Shown here: positions 1 through 13,506 of the stretch, in pieces
Position numbering within the stretch: position 1 is the first letter of the stretch
Layout: every line of letters begins with the position of its first letter
DNA from: Chrysomallon squamiferum
Lineage: Eukaryota > Animalia > Mollusca
Assembly (NCBI GenBank): GCA_012295275.1
Contig: CM022676.1
Coordinates: 5,890,001 to 5,954,000, forward strand
Length of the DNA: 64,000 nt
Reading direction: 5' to 3'
Translations under genes and position numbers: made by a program
The notes under the pieces: generated by a model
Told to the model about the DNA's origin: nothing
The model's database searches: none
What the model saw: only the letters and a program-made list of their open reading frames with translations

Positions 1-300
1 TGTCAAATTGTGAATTATTAATACATTTTTTTTAATCCTCTGAGGATTTTTCTTTTCATTCACTGTGGATCCATTATCCATTCTGTGCGGAACTGCTGTC
101 CATTCTGTGCAGAACTGCAATTTATTCTCTGCAGACCTGATGTTTATTCTCTGCGGGCCTGTTACTTCATTGTGTGTACAAAAATGTTTTATTGAAAGTA
201 GTTTGTAACCGAGGCAGATGGTAGTTTGACAAAGAAAGCTCGGTTTCGTTTTCTCTGGGGAGTGTACTGTGATAAGTGAATGGCCATGACATGCGATTTT

Positions 301-474
301 ATATGTACATATATACATACATACATACATAGGTACATACATACATACATAGGTACATACATACGTACGTATGTACATACATACACACACACATAGATAC
401 ATACAGACATACATACACACACACACATAGGTACATACATACATACATACATACATACATACACAGATACATAC

Positions 475-539
<65 letters not shown>

Positions 540-752
540 CACACATACATACGTACATACATATATACATACATACACATACATACATACATACACACAT
601 ACATACATACATACATATACATACATACAAATATACATACATATATACATACATACATATACACACATACGTACGTACGTACATACATATATACATACAT
701 ACACATACATACATATGTACATACACACACACATACACACATACATATATAT
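301..752. repeat. Compound (TACA)n/(CA)n/(TA)n microsatellite
   Basis: Continuous tacatacataca with ca/ta interruptions; explains the MYVC/VCMY ORFs. Confidence 0.97.
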
Positions 753-1883
753 ATAATGATATCAGCCTGGGTGTTGTTATATTAAGAATTTTGATAGTCA
801 ATTCATTTTGATGATTATGTGACGTTTACTGTAAATCTCTCTCTGATATTTTTTTTTAATCTGTGTCTGTTTCTTTATATCTTTCTCTCTTTCTCATTCA
901 CTGCTTTATTTGTATTTGTCTTTTTGTCTGTCATTCTGTTATTAATCTCTCTTTGGCCCCATCTCTTACTCTCACTTTGTCATCAATTTTATAGTTTCTT
1001 CCTTTGCTTCTTTCTATCATTTCATTTCTGTCACTTTCTCATTCTCTCTTTCTCTTTTTGTTTCTCTTTTTTTCTTTTTTTCTGTCTTATTCTTCCTTTT
1101 CTTTTTTTCTGCCTTCATTTCTTTTTGTCTTTCAGTCTGTCTCCCTTTCTTTTTCCTGTCTTTTTCTTTTCTTCATTTCTCTCTTCCTTTCATCCTTGGT
1201 TCTCTCTTTCTCTCACTCTTACCCTCCCTCTTTCACAAGAAATTCTGGGATACAATCTAACACTAAAGTATCAGGTACTGCCAAAATATTCCACTCTTTT
1301 CTTAAAGAATGTTTGTCTTACATCAACCACCATTTATTCTCTTATCATTATTATTATTATTTATTTATTTTTGAGACATGTATATATTAGTCCTGTTTGA
1401 GCTGTAAAACCAGTGATTTCAGTTGAAGTTCTTAAAACAACACACACTTACCAATAAAGAACAACACACTAGTCTATTCCTGTATCCATTTAAAAAAAAA
1501 AAAAACCCAGTACCTCTATTTTTTTGTTTTATTCTTTTTTTGTAAATTCCTCCATTTTTTTTCAGCGACCCTGCTCACCACATTTTTGTTCTAGTCTTTC
1601 ACAATTATCTCAGGATCAGAAAATCTTGCAATAAGATAACACCATCACCTTGATTCTAAGGTGAAACAAAAAAAAATGTCTATCTACCTGAGTCTGACAG
1701 GTGTTTCCAGTTTTACCTGTCAGAGTAGACAGGTGTGGTAACATATTGTCTGAACATTTTTATCTTTTGTAATTTGACAGAGGTGAAATCTTAGACATTG
1801 TTTCTGTACCTACCACATACTTTTTGGGAGATTTTGTTTTAAATATGTGTTTTTGTTGTTCTTGTTACGTTTTTTTTATCACA

Positions 1884-1915
<32 letters not shown>

Positions 1916-2133
1916 GTTTCCTCTTAGGTCATGAACTTGCATGTACCTGGGAATAGCTTCTTTTTTTTCTTCAAAGATTTGTTCTTTTATTGTCAGACTT
2001 TATTTTTAGTAAAGATTGATCCAACTACAAAGTTGATGAGTCTCTGTTAAGAAAGGGAAATCATCTATGTGTTGGAATGGGGGGGAAATGGTAAAGATTC
2101 TCTGGCAGAAAATAACCACAGATTTAGATATTT

Positions 2134-2174
<41 letters not shown>

Positions 2175-2970
2175 TGAAAACAAGAAGGGTTATTTCACTG
2201 GCTGACCATATTTACCCATACTTCATTGTTAGCAAAGGTTGGTTTCAGTAAACAGATGAAATGATCACATAACAAGACTTTAAAAAGACAAAATAAAATA
2301 AAATTAAATTGAAAAACAACAGAAACCACCACCACCACCACCACCACCACCACAACATAGCAACAACAGCAACAACAATGAAACTGTGAACATCAAATAG
2401 AAAACAAATAAAAAAAAAATATAAAAAAAAAACAACTAAAAATTGGGTCGTTTCTGCTTTTCAATTACTAGCCTCCCTGTGTAATAACTGAGCTAATCCG
2501 CTATCACTTATGGAATATCAACTGTTTAATTTACACACCGATTAATACAGTTTCGTACTGCACACACTTCACCCAGACTCTCTCTGCTCACCTTTTCCGT
2601 GGGTGATGCCAACTGAACCGCAGTGGGACACACCCTAATTCGATATAACTTCGTTTACAACTTCACCAGGGGGGGGTCCCTATAATTCAATAACGTCATT
2701 TTAATATCACACCAGCATCTGTTTAATATCGTGTATATTAAACCATAAACGCAGCAGCACATTCCCTTCCCCCTCGCGGTGGGGGAAACTTGAGATACAG
2801 AATTGATTCCGATGGTTTCTATAGATCTTTGCTGCTTTTAAACCAGTTAAACCTAAAACTGCTCTGATCCATACAGACCTGACTGGTGCTAGGTGTCTGG
2901 TTTAATGTGGAAGCTAGGAAATTTAGTTAATCAGGGAGTAGTAATGATCAGAGTGGTGTGTGTGTGTGTG

Positions 2971-3013
<43 letters not shown>

Positions 3014-4079
3014 TGTGGTGGGGGAGAGGGAGGGGTTGCTCGGACAGGGGGAAAGGGACTGGAGGAAGAGGAGGAAGGGGGGGTTGAGCTGAATGGTGAT
3101 TAAAAACAGATGTAACCCAGTAGGAACAATCAAAGTGCCATGCTGCTATTTGTTGGCCTGGGTTATTTTGTAGCAGACGTCAGAATGCGTTGTGAAGGAA
3201 ATTTTTGAAGAAAAAGAAAGAGGAAAAAAAACGAGATATCTGTTCCTGTGGTTTTGTTTTAATTACAGTTTCTGGTGTATGTGTGTGTGTGATGGATTGA
3301 TTGGTGGGTGGTTATAGAATTTGGAATGAATGTGGAACAGAAAGGAATTATATTTATTTTTATTGTTGTTTTTGTTTCTGTTAAACATTTGTTACGTCTG
3401 AATGTAAAATATGTGTCTGTCAGTTCATTCATCCATTCATTCATTCATTCATTCATTCGTTTACATGTGTGTTGTTCAGTCCATCTACATTATGCTTTTT
3501 GATTCATTATCCATACATCCATTCATCTGTCTGTCTATGCAGACAGTCACACAGACATGTTGATATACATACAGACAGACAGACAGACAGACACACAAAC
3601 ACATACATACATACATAATCTCTGTACATCTATCCATTCATCCATATTGTGTACACTTAAGAGTTTAAAACAGCATTACTCTTAATATGTTTCTCTCTGT
3701 CTGTCTGTCTGTCTCTCTCTCTCTGTCATACTGTAGTGACTTTTTTTTCCCCCCTCCTTCTTTTGTTTGTCTAACAACTTGCTGATCCCACCCTCATAAC
3801 CGAAAATAAAACTCAGGGTCAATAATAACTCCACCCTTTAAACAAACTGATTGAAAAACTGTGTATTTGTTGCGTGTGTTTTTTTTTTTTGTGTGTGTTT
3901 TTTTCACGCAATATCTGTAAGTGTTTATCATTGTGAAAATTGTGACAATATTTCATCCACTCAGACAAAGCAGGTAGCAGAATTTGTTAATTAAGTTGCT
4001 GGCAGGAGATCAATTAAAGTGTCTTCCCCACTGAGAAGATTTCGAAATTGAATGGGTCGGTGCTCTCAGACAATGGAGG

Positions 4080-5000
4080 AGACCGAGTGACAGGCAGAAA
4101 AAAAATGGCGGCCCGTTATCACAAAGTTTATTGTTATTAATAATGTAAGCCGTATAATTTTATTGAATAATTGTAAATTTATGTGAATGATTTAATAATT
4201 TTTTAATAATTTTTTTTTTTTTGAATTAAGAGTTAATTGTGTTTGTTTTTAAGGTGGATCGACTATAATTATGGAAGTTAATTTTTTTTTTTTGTGGAAA
4301 TGGTGAATTAATTTTTGGAGTTAGGTTAAATTGCTTTTTGGAAAAAAAACATTATTTACATACATTTTATATTTTATTTCATTCTATCTTTTCATTGAAA
4401 TCTTGTTAATATTTCTTTTCATTTTCTTTATTTTTTCTTTATATTTTATTCATATTCTTGTATTTATTTATTTATTTATTTTAATTATTTTCTTTTTCTT
4501 ATTTCTTCTTCTTTTCATTATTCCTTTTCTTCATTCATTTTGTTCTTTCTTCATTCCCCCTTCATTTTTCATTCTTTTCTTCTTTTTCCTTCCTTCCTTC
4601 TTTCTTTCTTTCCTTCCTTTTCTTTTCTTTAATCCTTTCTTTCCTTTCCTTCTCTTTTTCTCTTCCTTTCATTCTTTCTCTCTCTTCTTTTCATCCTTCC
4701 TTCCTTCCTTTCTCTCATTCTTTACATATATTTTCTAAAAACATCCATCACAACAACAACAACAACGAAATTTCTTAAACACTCTCTGAACACATACCAA
4801 ACATGAAACGAATGAACCACATTGCCTGCTAACCAGATTTCCAATACCTGTTTCAAATTTACTATTTCCTCATCTCTCCTTCCCCCCCTCTTCCCCCCCC
4901 CCACACACACACTGCACCAATAAACCGCCATCTTATCAACGCCACTTGTTGCTATGGAGACTCATGTTACCATTCTTCGGACCTGCCATTTTGTTGTTGT
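4080..5000. promoter_or_regulatory. Two unique islands with YY1-like and RFX X-box-like motifs
   Basis: AAAATGGCGGC 4102-4112; CCGCCATCTT 4925-4934; GTTGCTATGGAGAC 4948-4961 (X-box consensus GTTGCCATGGCAAC). Confidence 0.4.
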
Positions 5001-5439
5001 TGACGTCGTCTTCGGAATTCTGTCCTTTGGTGACAAAAAAAAAACAAATTTTGTGAAAAATTCTTCTTTAAATTATTTTCAGCTTCAGAAAACTGTTATT
5101 CAATCTGTACCAGGTTGTTTTGGAATCTGGAAATGGTTGTTGTGGCTGATGCAGTATTTTGATAAACTGCATCAAGAAAGTTGGTTGCGTGTTTGGAGAA
5201 TTTCGTAAACTGTGTGGTGAGACCACCTGTAAGATTCTGTAGCAGACAACATTGCAGTCAGGGAATGATGTTGTTAAGAGTTGTTACTGTTTATAAACAT
5301 GTGTTTGTTGTTTCACAGTTCTTTATCAAAACCAATTTCTTTTAATTTAAATATATTTTTTTTATATATATAATTATCTTTAATTTACTCAAAAAAAAAG
5401 AATTAAAAAAAAAAAGTTAGAAAATAATTTATAAAAAAA

Positions 5440-6352
5440 CTTTCAATTTCCTTTACCAAGAATTTGTGAACCAGAAACAGTTTTAAAGATAATAGTTTAC
5501 AAAAAAAATTTAAATTAAAAAAAAAAAAATTAAAAAATCATTAACTTTTATGCTGTTCCTTTCATTTGGTTTAATCTTTAATATTAAAAAAATAATAATA
5601 ATAATAAAAATAAAATAAATAAAAAGCAGCAAGAAGAAGAAAATTCTTCCATTTTTCAATTTGTGACTTTTATTTAATTCTGTCTGTGAAACAAATTAAT
5701 ATTTAAATAAACGAAAATTTTTCATTTCTGCCACAAATTTTAATCTAAAAAATAATTACATTAAATATTCATCTTTTTTTATTTCTAAAATAAATCTGAA
5801 TTAGCTGTATCTGTTTGTCCATCCTTCCATCCTTCCATCCCTCTGTTTGTCCATCCATCCATCCATCCATCCATCCATCCCTCTGTTTGTTCATCTATCT
5901 ATCTATTTTGTTAAAAAAAAGTGTTGAAATAAAAATTAGTTTTTTAAACATAATCATTTAAAATAATTAGCTAATTTAAAACTGTTGCTTTTATTTAATT
6001 ATTTTTATAAAACAGACTTTTTTTTTTTGGTCCTTTTTACTGAATTAAAAAAAAAAGTCAAAATAAATCTGTCAAAAATTGTAAAAAAAACACCTGAAAT
6101 TGCAGAAACAGTTTTAAAGATAACCACATTAAAAAAAAAAGCATTAAACAAACATTAACTTCTGTTTACAAATTATTTATGATTTCTTCCATTTTAATTA
6201 AATAAAAAAATAAAACACTAAAAAAACCCACAAAAAATGCAAAATAAACAAAATTTTCCAGAAAGTCTAAAAACAGAAGTAGTTTTATAGATAACAGCTT
6301 CAAAACAAAAAAATAAAAATAAAAAGGAAAATAATGATAATAATATTAATAA

Positions 6353-6383
<31 letters not shown>

Positions 6384-6660
6384 AATAAAAATAAAAAAAA
6401 AATGTAAACAAAAAATAAAAAAACTAAATAAAATTTAAATTCATTGCAGTCATTATTATTATTATTATTATTATAGTTTTATTATTATTATTATTATTAC
6501 TATTATTATTTATTTTTATTTTTTAGAAGTATGAAAAAGTACTCAGGTTTTTTTAAATTTAAAAAAATAATAATAATAAAATGGAAGAAAACATTCATTG
6601 CAGTCACAAATTGTGAAATGGAAGTAGTTTTAAGGATATCGCTTTGCGAAACTGATTACA
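5440..6660 (+). repeat. Dispersed degenerate copies of a ~35-bp motif
   Basis: agaaacagttttaaagataa (~5472, ~6102), agaagtagttttatagataa (~6275), ggaagtagttttaaggatat (~6620); ttcattgcagtca at ~6440 and ~6594. Confidence 0.6.
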
Positions 6661-6769
6661 ATTGATTTTGGTCACTGTATGTAAATTAACCACCATTAAG
6701 GAATTCATTTACAGCCATTATTACAGTGTTTAGTTATTTTAATTCCCTGACTTCTTGTTTTAAATGTGT

Positions 6770-6833
<64 letters not shown>

Positions 6834-6999
6834 TAAAAAATATAAAAGTGAAGAAAATAATAATAATAATGACAATGATAATAATGATGATGATAATAAT
6901 AACAATAATAGTATTAAATTATAATAATATGGTGATGGTGATGTGATGATAACATGGTACATGTAGTAGTAGTAGTAGTAGAAGTATTAAAAACTTTAC

Positions 7000-7752
7000 G
7001 TTCATCTATAAAACATATTTGTGATCACTCTATAAAGCAAATTAAAGATTTCTCTATAATACAAATGAGAAACTTCTATATAATGCATATCAAAAATTTC
7101 TCCGTAACAGCTATATTTCTGAATTAAAAAAAAAATAATAATATAGATTTCTGTACAAAACACTACATATTTTTCTGTAAAACACATGAAAGATTTCTCT
7201 ATAAAACATTAAAAAAATTTCTCTATCAAAAGATATTAAAGATTTTTTTATTAAACATGTTACTGGTTTCTCTTTAAAAAAAGTTTAGAGATTTCTCTCT
7301 ATAAAACTTGAGAAATCTCTATCAAACAAATCACAGGTTTCTCTATAAAAAAACCCACATATATTAGACATTTCCATAAATACAGATCAAAAGAAATATC
7401 TCTAGCAAACATTACAACAGTCATACCTCTCTGTAAAAACATGAAAAGCGTCTCTATAAAAAGATATCAGAGATTTCTCTCTCTCTCTGTGTAAAAACAC
7501 GAGAAGCGTCTCTATAAAAAGATGTCAGAGATTTCTCTCTCTCTCTGTGTAAAAACACGAGAAGCGTCTCTATAAAAAGATGTCAGAGATTTCTCTCTCT
7601 CTCTGTGTAAAAACACGAGAAGCGTCTCTATAAAAAGATATCAGAGATTTCTCTCTCTCTCTGTGTAAAAACACGAGAAGCGTCTCTATAAAAAGATGTC
7701 AGAGATTTCTCTCTCTCTCTCTGTAAAACACAAGAAGCGTCTCTATAAAAAC
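7000..7752 (+). repeat. Degenerate ctctataaaa array ending in a 58-bp tandem repeat (~5.5 copies, 7430-7752)
   Basis: gagaagcgtctctataaaaagat(a/g)tcagagatttctctctctctctgtgtaaaaacac recurs at 7501, 7559, 7617, 7675, with variants at 7443 and 7733. Confidence 0.95.
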
Positions 7753-7814
7753 AGGGTTGTGTTTTTTTTTAGAGATCTCTCTCTGTGCAATCTCCACTCA
7801 AATGCGTCCTGTGA

Positions 7815-8015
7815 GTTTTTATTGGTCTGATTAAGGAGAGTGTTAAATCCTGCTGCTTTTAACTCACACTTCCACTGTTTTCACCAGTCCCCCCTGCTGG
7901 GGCGTGGCAGGGCAGGGACACAGGCTGCCCAGGGAAGAATTTTGATCACCTCTTTTTATCTCTGTGCTGCTGTGTTTGGCTATAAAACCACGCGTTGTGG
8001 GGGCAGGGGGGGGAA
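7815..8015 (+). promoter_or_regulatory. Candidate Pol II core promoter
   Basis: ATTGG (reverse CCAAT) 7821; Sp/KLF GC box GGGGCGTGGC 7899-7908; CTATAAAA 7980-7987; Zic-like CCCCTGCTGGGG 7891. Confidence 0.35.
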
Positions 8016-8268
8016 TGTAAACATGCATGTGTGTTTTGTATATATACTGTGTTACAGACATAAAATAATGAAGATTTTTTAACGTGAACGTGAACTGAAA
8101 AAACATGCTTACAAGTTGAGAAACAGCATGAATATATCTGTGGAAGTTGTGTTTGTGTGTGTGTGTGTAAATTATATATGTACCTATCTATCTGTTTTAT
8201 CTGTCTGTCAGTCTGTTTGTCTATCCATCTATTTGTCTGTCCCTATGTCCATCTGTTATCTGTATATT

Positions 8269-8332
<64 letters not shown>

Positions 8333-8446
8333 GATATAGATATACATATAGATATATAGATAGTTCTGTTTCTTTCTTTGTCTCTATCTCTATTTTCTTT
8401 CTTCTCTCTCTCTCTCTTGCTCTCTCTATATATATATAGTTATCTT

Positions 8447-8513
<67 letters not shown>

Positions 8514-9179
8514 GTGTCAAACATACACCTTTACAACCACACACACAAATTTCAAATCTTTACGTTCCTCCACAAACTTCATAAAATCCACCAAGCATCA
8601 AAGCAATCATGACTGAAAGAAAACACACTGTTATTCTTTTCTTTTTAACAAAAAATCTGGAATTGTCTGTAAAACCTGTCCAGCCCATTTCTACCTGTAT
8701 TCTTCATAAACACAGCACCACAAACAATGGAATCGGTTACCTACCTGGGTGATCCGAAATGTTATCCCCCCCCCACAACCAACTGTGTAATATCCATCAT
8801 AGCCAACACCTGATTGTTTCATACATTTTGAAAAAACATCAAGAGACTCTATTTGTGGCTAAATGTACATAAGTCATGGGTAGAAAAAAAAAAAAAAAAA
8901 AAGTACATCGGTTGGTCAATGATTTCTTGTTTTCAGTCAAAAAAAATAAAAAATAAAAAATAAATAGAAAAATGGATGCAGTCTGAATTTACGTATTTTG
9001 ATTGTAGTAGGTTACTAATACACAAGAAAGAAAGTGAAAAAGAGTCACTGTATTTATTTTTTAATAGTTTAGGATAGCAGAAAAAAAAAGAAAAAAAAAT
9101 GGCTACCTGAAATAAGAGGAATGTAAAGACTTTTCTTGTAATCACTAAAGTTCGAAAAAAAATGTGATTATAACATGAT

Positions 9180-9900
9180 TTATATTTCCATAGTTATGAC
9201 CATGTCATAGTTATGATGATGCTGGTGCAGTCATTGGTCTGTTGTTGTTGATGCTGCATCAACACTGTTGCTGTTATTTGTTCCTCATGTTGATGCTGTT
9301 GTAATATTCTGACGATGTTGATGTTGTTTTGATGGCAATACTTTTATTGTCTTCCATTGATGTTGTTTCAGAGTCAAGTTATTGGGATGTTTGCAGTTGT
9401 ATGTTGATATTGTATTGATGTCAATGTCATGTTGATGCCATATTGATGGCACTACTGTTACAATCTTGTATTTATGTTATTCCAGACATTTAAGTCAAAT
9501 TTGCAGTCATATTGTTATTGTTATGATGACTCTGCTATGTGGAACTTCTGTTAATGTCTGTTTGTTAATGCAGTCATATTATATTGATGTCTGCAAACAT
9601 TTTGATCTCTGGCATACATATTTATATTATATTGATGTCAATAATATCTTAAAATATATAGATGACTGCAGTTATATTATGTTGATGTTATATATCAACA
9701 TTGTTGTATTACAGATATATTGATGTTATGTTGACATCATTACTTACATTATGTTGATGTTTTATTGATGTTACATTGATATCAGTATTGATATTGATTT
9801 TATATTGATATTGATGTTATACTGATATCAGCATTGATATTGATTTCTATATTAACATTGATGTTATACTGGTATCAGTACAGTTGGTGTTGATTTGGAT
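9180..9900 (+). repeat. Highly degenerate ttgat(g/a)t-rich array
   Basis: Recurrent tattgatgtt / gttgatg / gatatcag words. Confidence 0.6.
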
Positions 9901-10894
9901 GTGGTTTACTTGTTTGTTACGAGATACCTGTTGGTTTTGACACCTGTTTGATAACCTATCACATAACCGAGATAATCAACACTAACACACACAGGATAAT
10001 GAGACTTCCATTGCTGTGGATTATCCCAGTTATTTCACAGAGAATTAACCAGATTTGTTCTTACCTTGCAGATTTTACCTGTATCTCGTAACGAGATAAA
10101 GTTTATATCGGTAATTGAAATCTTGACGAGGAAGGTGAGATGAGGAATCAGGTTAGGAAGAAGTGAGAGAAGGAATGACAGGAAGAAAGGATGAATGAAT
10201 GGATGGATGGATGGATGGATGGATGAATAAAGTCATGGAAGAAAAGAAACAGTGTGGTATTTTAAAAGGTTTGGAGAAAATGTGGATTAAAACAGATAAA
10301 CGGATGAATGAAAGATGGTAGAAAGGATGAATTAAAGATAGAAGGATAAATTAAAGAAAAAATAAAAAAAAAAAGGATGAATGAAAGAGAAAGGCAAAAG
10401 GAGTATGTATATAAGATCAGGAAAAAAAATAAATAAATACAGGAACGAAAGAGTAAAAAAAAACTGAAAAAGAAGGAAGGACTAATAACAAAAATAAAGA
10501 ACAAACAAAAGAACGAATGACAAGACGATTGCAAGCTATTGTTTTGTTTCCATTCCCAGCTCTCAGCGAAACCGACCTTGGCAGCTAAAGAGTTAATAAG
10601 CTAGTAGTTTACCTCTCACTTACAAGTAACAACACTGTCAGTCAACATCTTCATCTGGCACTGTGTAGTACTAAAAACATCCCTGCTTTTTGACATCAGT
10701 CAGTAATCTTCACTTCTGTCCTGGGGGGGGGGATTGTAAACATTTCTTTCAGTCCTTCAAACAGCTCTGGAGTTATCTTACTTGATGCAGCAGCGCCATC
10801 TCTCTACTGACCTACTGCGATTGGAAGAAAAATGAAAATAACCGTACAGAAAGTATTACTTCCACGAATGATGGTTGTGAGAAAGAAAGAAACA

Positions 10895-11710
10895 GAATAA
10901 CTTTTTGGAAAATAGTATTTCAAGAAATGCTGATTTTTTTTTTATTTTAGTGGGGAAAATAATAATAACTTTTTGGAAAATAGTATTTCAAGAAAAGCTG
11001 ATTTTTTTTATTTAGTGGGAGAAAATATAATAACTTTTTGGAAAGTATTACTTAAGGAAATATTAATTATAATAAGTTTTAAAGGCGATATTACCAAAAT
11101 AATTTTCAGAATATTTATTCGACAAATACCAATAATAACAAATTCAAGAAACATTTAAGAAAAATTTAAGGAAAATATTGCTTCACAGTAATACTCAGAA
11201 AAATATTACCATCTCTAAAGTTTATTATAAGAAATAAACCATAATTTTCAGAAAAATATCACATCAGTAAATACAAATTATAAACACAGAAAAGAAAATA
11301 TTAACGAAAGAAATTTAAAAACAAAAAATTCAATATTACTTTAATAAACTAATATTACCAGAAACAAAAATATATTTCAGGAAAATATTGCTTCACAAAA
11401 GTACTCCAGAAAATATTGCCACCTTATTATAAAGGACCAAACCAATAAAATTGGGGAAAAAAAAAACATTACATCAATAAAAATGCTGATTTTAAAACAA
11501 AACAAAACAAAAAATATCCTTCAGGAAAATATTACTTCAGAAATAACATTTACCAGACAGCTAACACACAGTAAGCATCTGCTTCGCAGACAATTTCGGA
11601 AAAGAAAAAAAAAATCATTGCATCAATAAACGCTGATTAAAATAAACAAACGAAAATATCTTTCAGGAAAACATTACTTCAGAAATAATATTTACCTGAC
11701 AACTAACTAT
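10895..11710 (+). repeat. Degenerate tandem duplications
   Basis: ataactttttggaaaatagtatttcaagaaa twice; ggaaaatattgcttcaca twice; tcaggaaaa(t/c)attacttcagaaataa(c/t)atttacc twice. Confidence 0.8.
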
Positions 11711-11964
11711 GGTGCGAATCTGCCTCGCAAATGGTTACAAAATTGGCTTAGTGTCAATTAGTCCTCATTGTGCAAATACTGAAGATTCTTTTTGTGCAAG
11801 CAGTATATATATATTTTTTTTTTTTTCAGTCTCTTTGTTGTCATACATATCAAGATATGATTCAAGAATTCTTTTATCTTTAAAGTTCTGGCACTGCTAA
11901 TAAGACACTGGGAAAGTGCAAGGTGTACAATTTATTGCCGTGGAAACGTCTGTCTTGGTATTCT

Positions 11965-12305
11965 TCCGTCATTCCTTTTTCATTTGTTCTTCAGTCGATC
12001 CTTGATTTTTTTTTTGTTTTTTTTTTTTTTTTGGTTATTCCATGTTTTGTTGTTCTACACGTCATTCCTTTTTCATTTGTTCTTCATTCAATCCTTTTGT
12101 TATTCTTCAGTCATTCCTTTTCAGTTTGTTCTTCTAGTCATTCCTTTTTCATTTGTTCCTCATTCATTCCTTTTTCATTTGTTCTTCATTCATTCCATGA
12201 TTTGTTACTCTTCACTCATTCCTTTTCATTTCTTCTTCATTTGTTCTGTGTTCATTTTTGTTTCAGTCATTCCATATATAGTTATTCTTTCTATCGTTCC
12301 TTTTT
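11965..12305 (+). repeat. Degenerate minisatellite
   Basis: gtcattcctttttcatttgttcttc recurs ~7 times. Confidence 0.85.
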
Positions 12306-12534
12306 CCTGTCTATGGAAAGGCACATATAAAAGATTTCATATTGCTAACTTATAAACTAGTTACTCAGTGATAACAGCAGATTGAAAGTATTTATTAAAA
12401 TGACTTGTATCCTGTGGTTTATATCTTTCATTCTTTCTTTGTTTCATTCATTCATCATCCATCTATTCATCCATCATTATCCATCTGTCTATCCATATGG
12501 TCATATTAACCTAACAGTCCATCCATTCGTGACT

Positions 12535-12717
12535 ATTAATGATGATTTTGATGATGATGATGATGATGATGTTAATAATAATATAAACAATACAATAATA
12601 ATAATAATAGCAGTAATAATAATAACAATAACAGTAATAATAATAATAATAATAACAGTAATAATAATAGTAACAATAATAATAATAATAATAGCAGTAA
12701 TAATAATAACAATAACA

Positions 12718-12750
<33 letters not shown>

Positions 12751-12885
12751 GTAATAATAATAGTAACAATAATAATAATAACAACAATAACAGTAATAAT
12801 AATAATAATAAGAGTAAGTAATAATAATAACAAAACATTAAATAACAGTAACAGTAAATAATAGCCAATAACAATAACAAATTCC
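12535..12885. repeat. (GAT)n followed by (AAT)n/(AAC)n/(AGT)n compound trinucleotide repeat
   Basis: Direct reading; explains poly-I/poly-L ORFs. Confidence 0.95.
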
Positions 12886-13028
12886 AACACATAAACAAGA
12901 CCAAAAACAACATTTTCTTTTCGCAGGTAAACAATATTATCTGCAATAAAAACAAAATAAAACCAACATGGTCATGCAATTGAGAAACAAGACTTTTGGC
13001 TTTTTTTCTAATGCACTTGCATGTTCTG

Positions 13029-13059
<31 letters not shown>

Positions 13060-13289
13060 ACACACACACACACACACACAAATACACATTCAGCTGTTGT
13101 TGTTTTGTACCAAATGTTAAAACAGTTGTGTCAGCGTTGTTGTTTTGTGAAGCAGTTTCTGTCTGTGTGTATGTCTGTAAGTTATTAAACATCAGCTGCA
13201 GATGGGTTTTTTTGTATGCAGGGAAAATCAGCCACGTTTTTGTGTTTTTGTGTGTCGCAGAACTGCTGGATTGAGTTTGGTCCTTGATA

Positions 13290-13338
<49 letters not shown>

Positions 13339-13449
13339 TGTTTGTGTGTGTGTGTGTGTTTTAATGAATTTGTATCTGTGTAATAGTATATGTGTGATAT
13401 TTTTGTGTGTGTGTGTATGTTTATGTGTATATTGTATTTTTTATGTATG

Positions 13450-13506
<57 letters not shown>

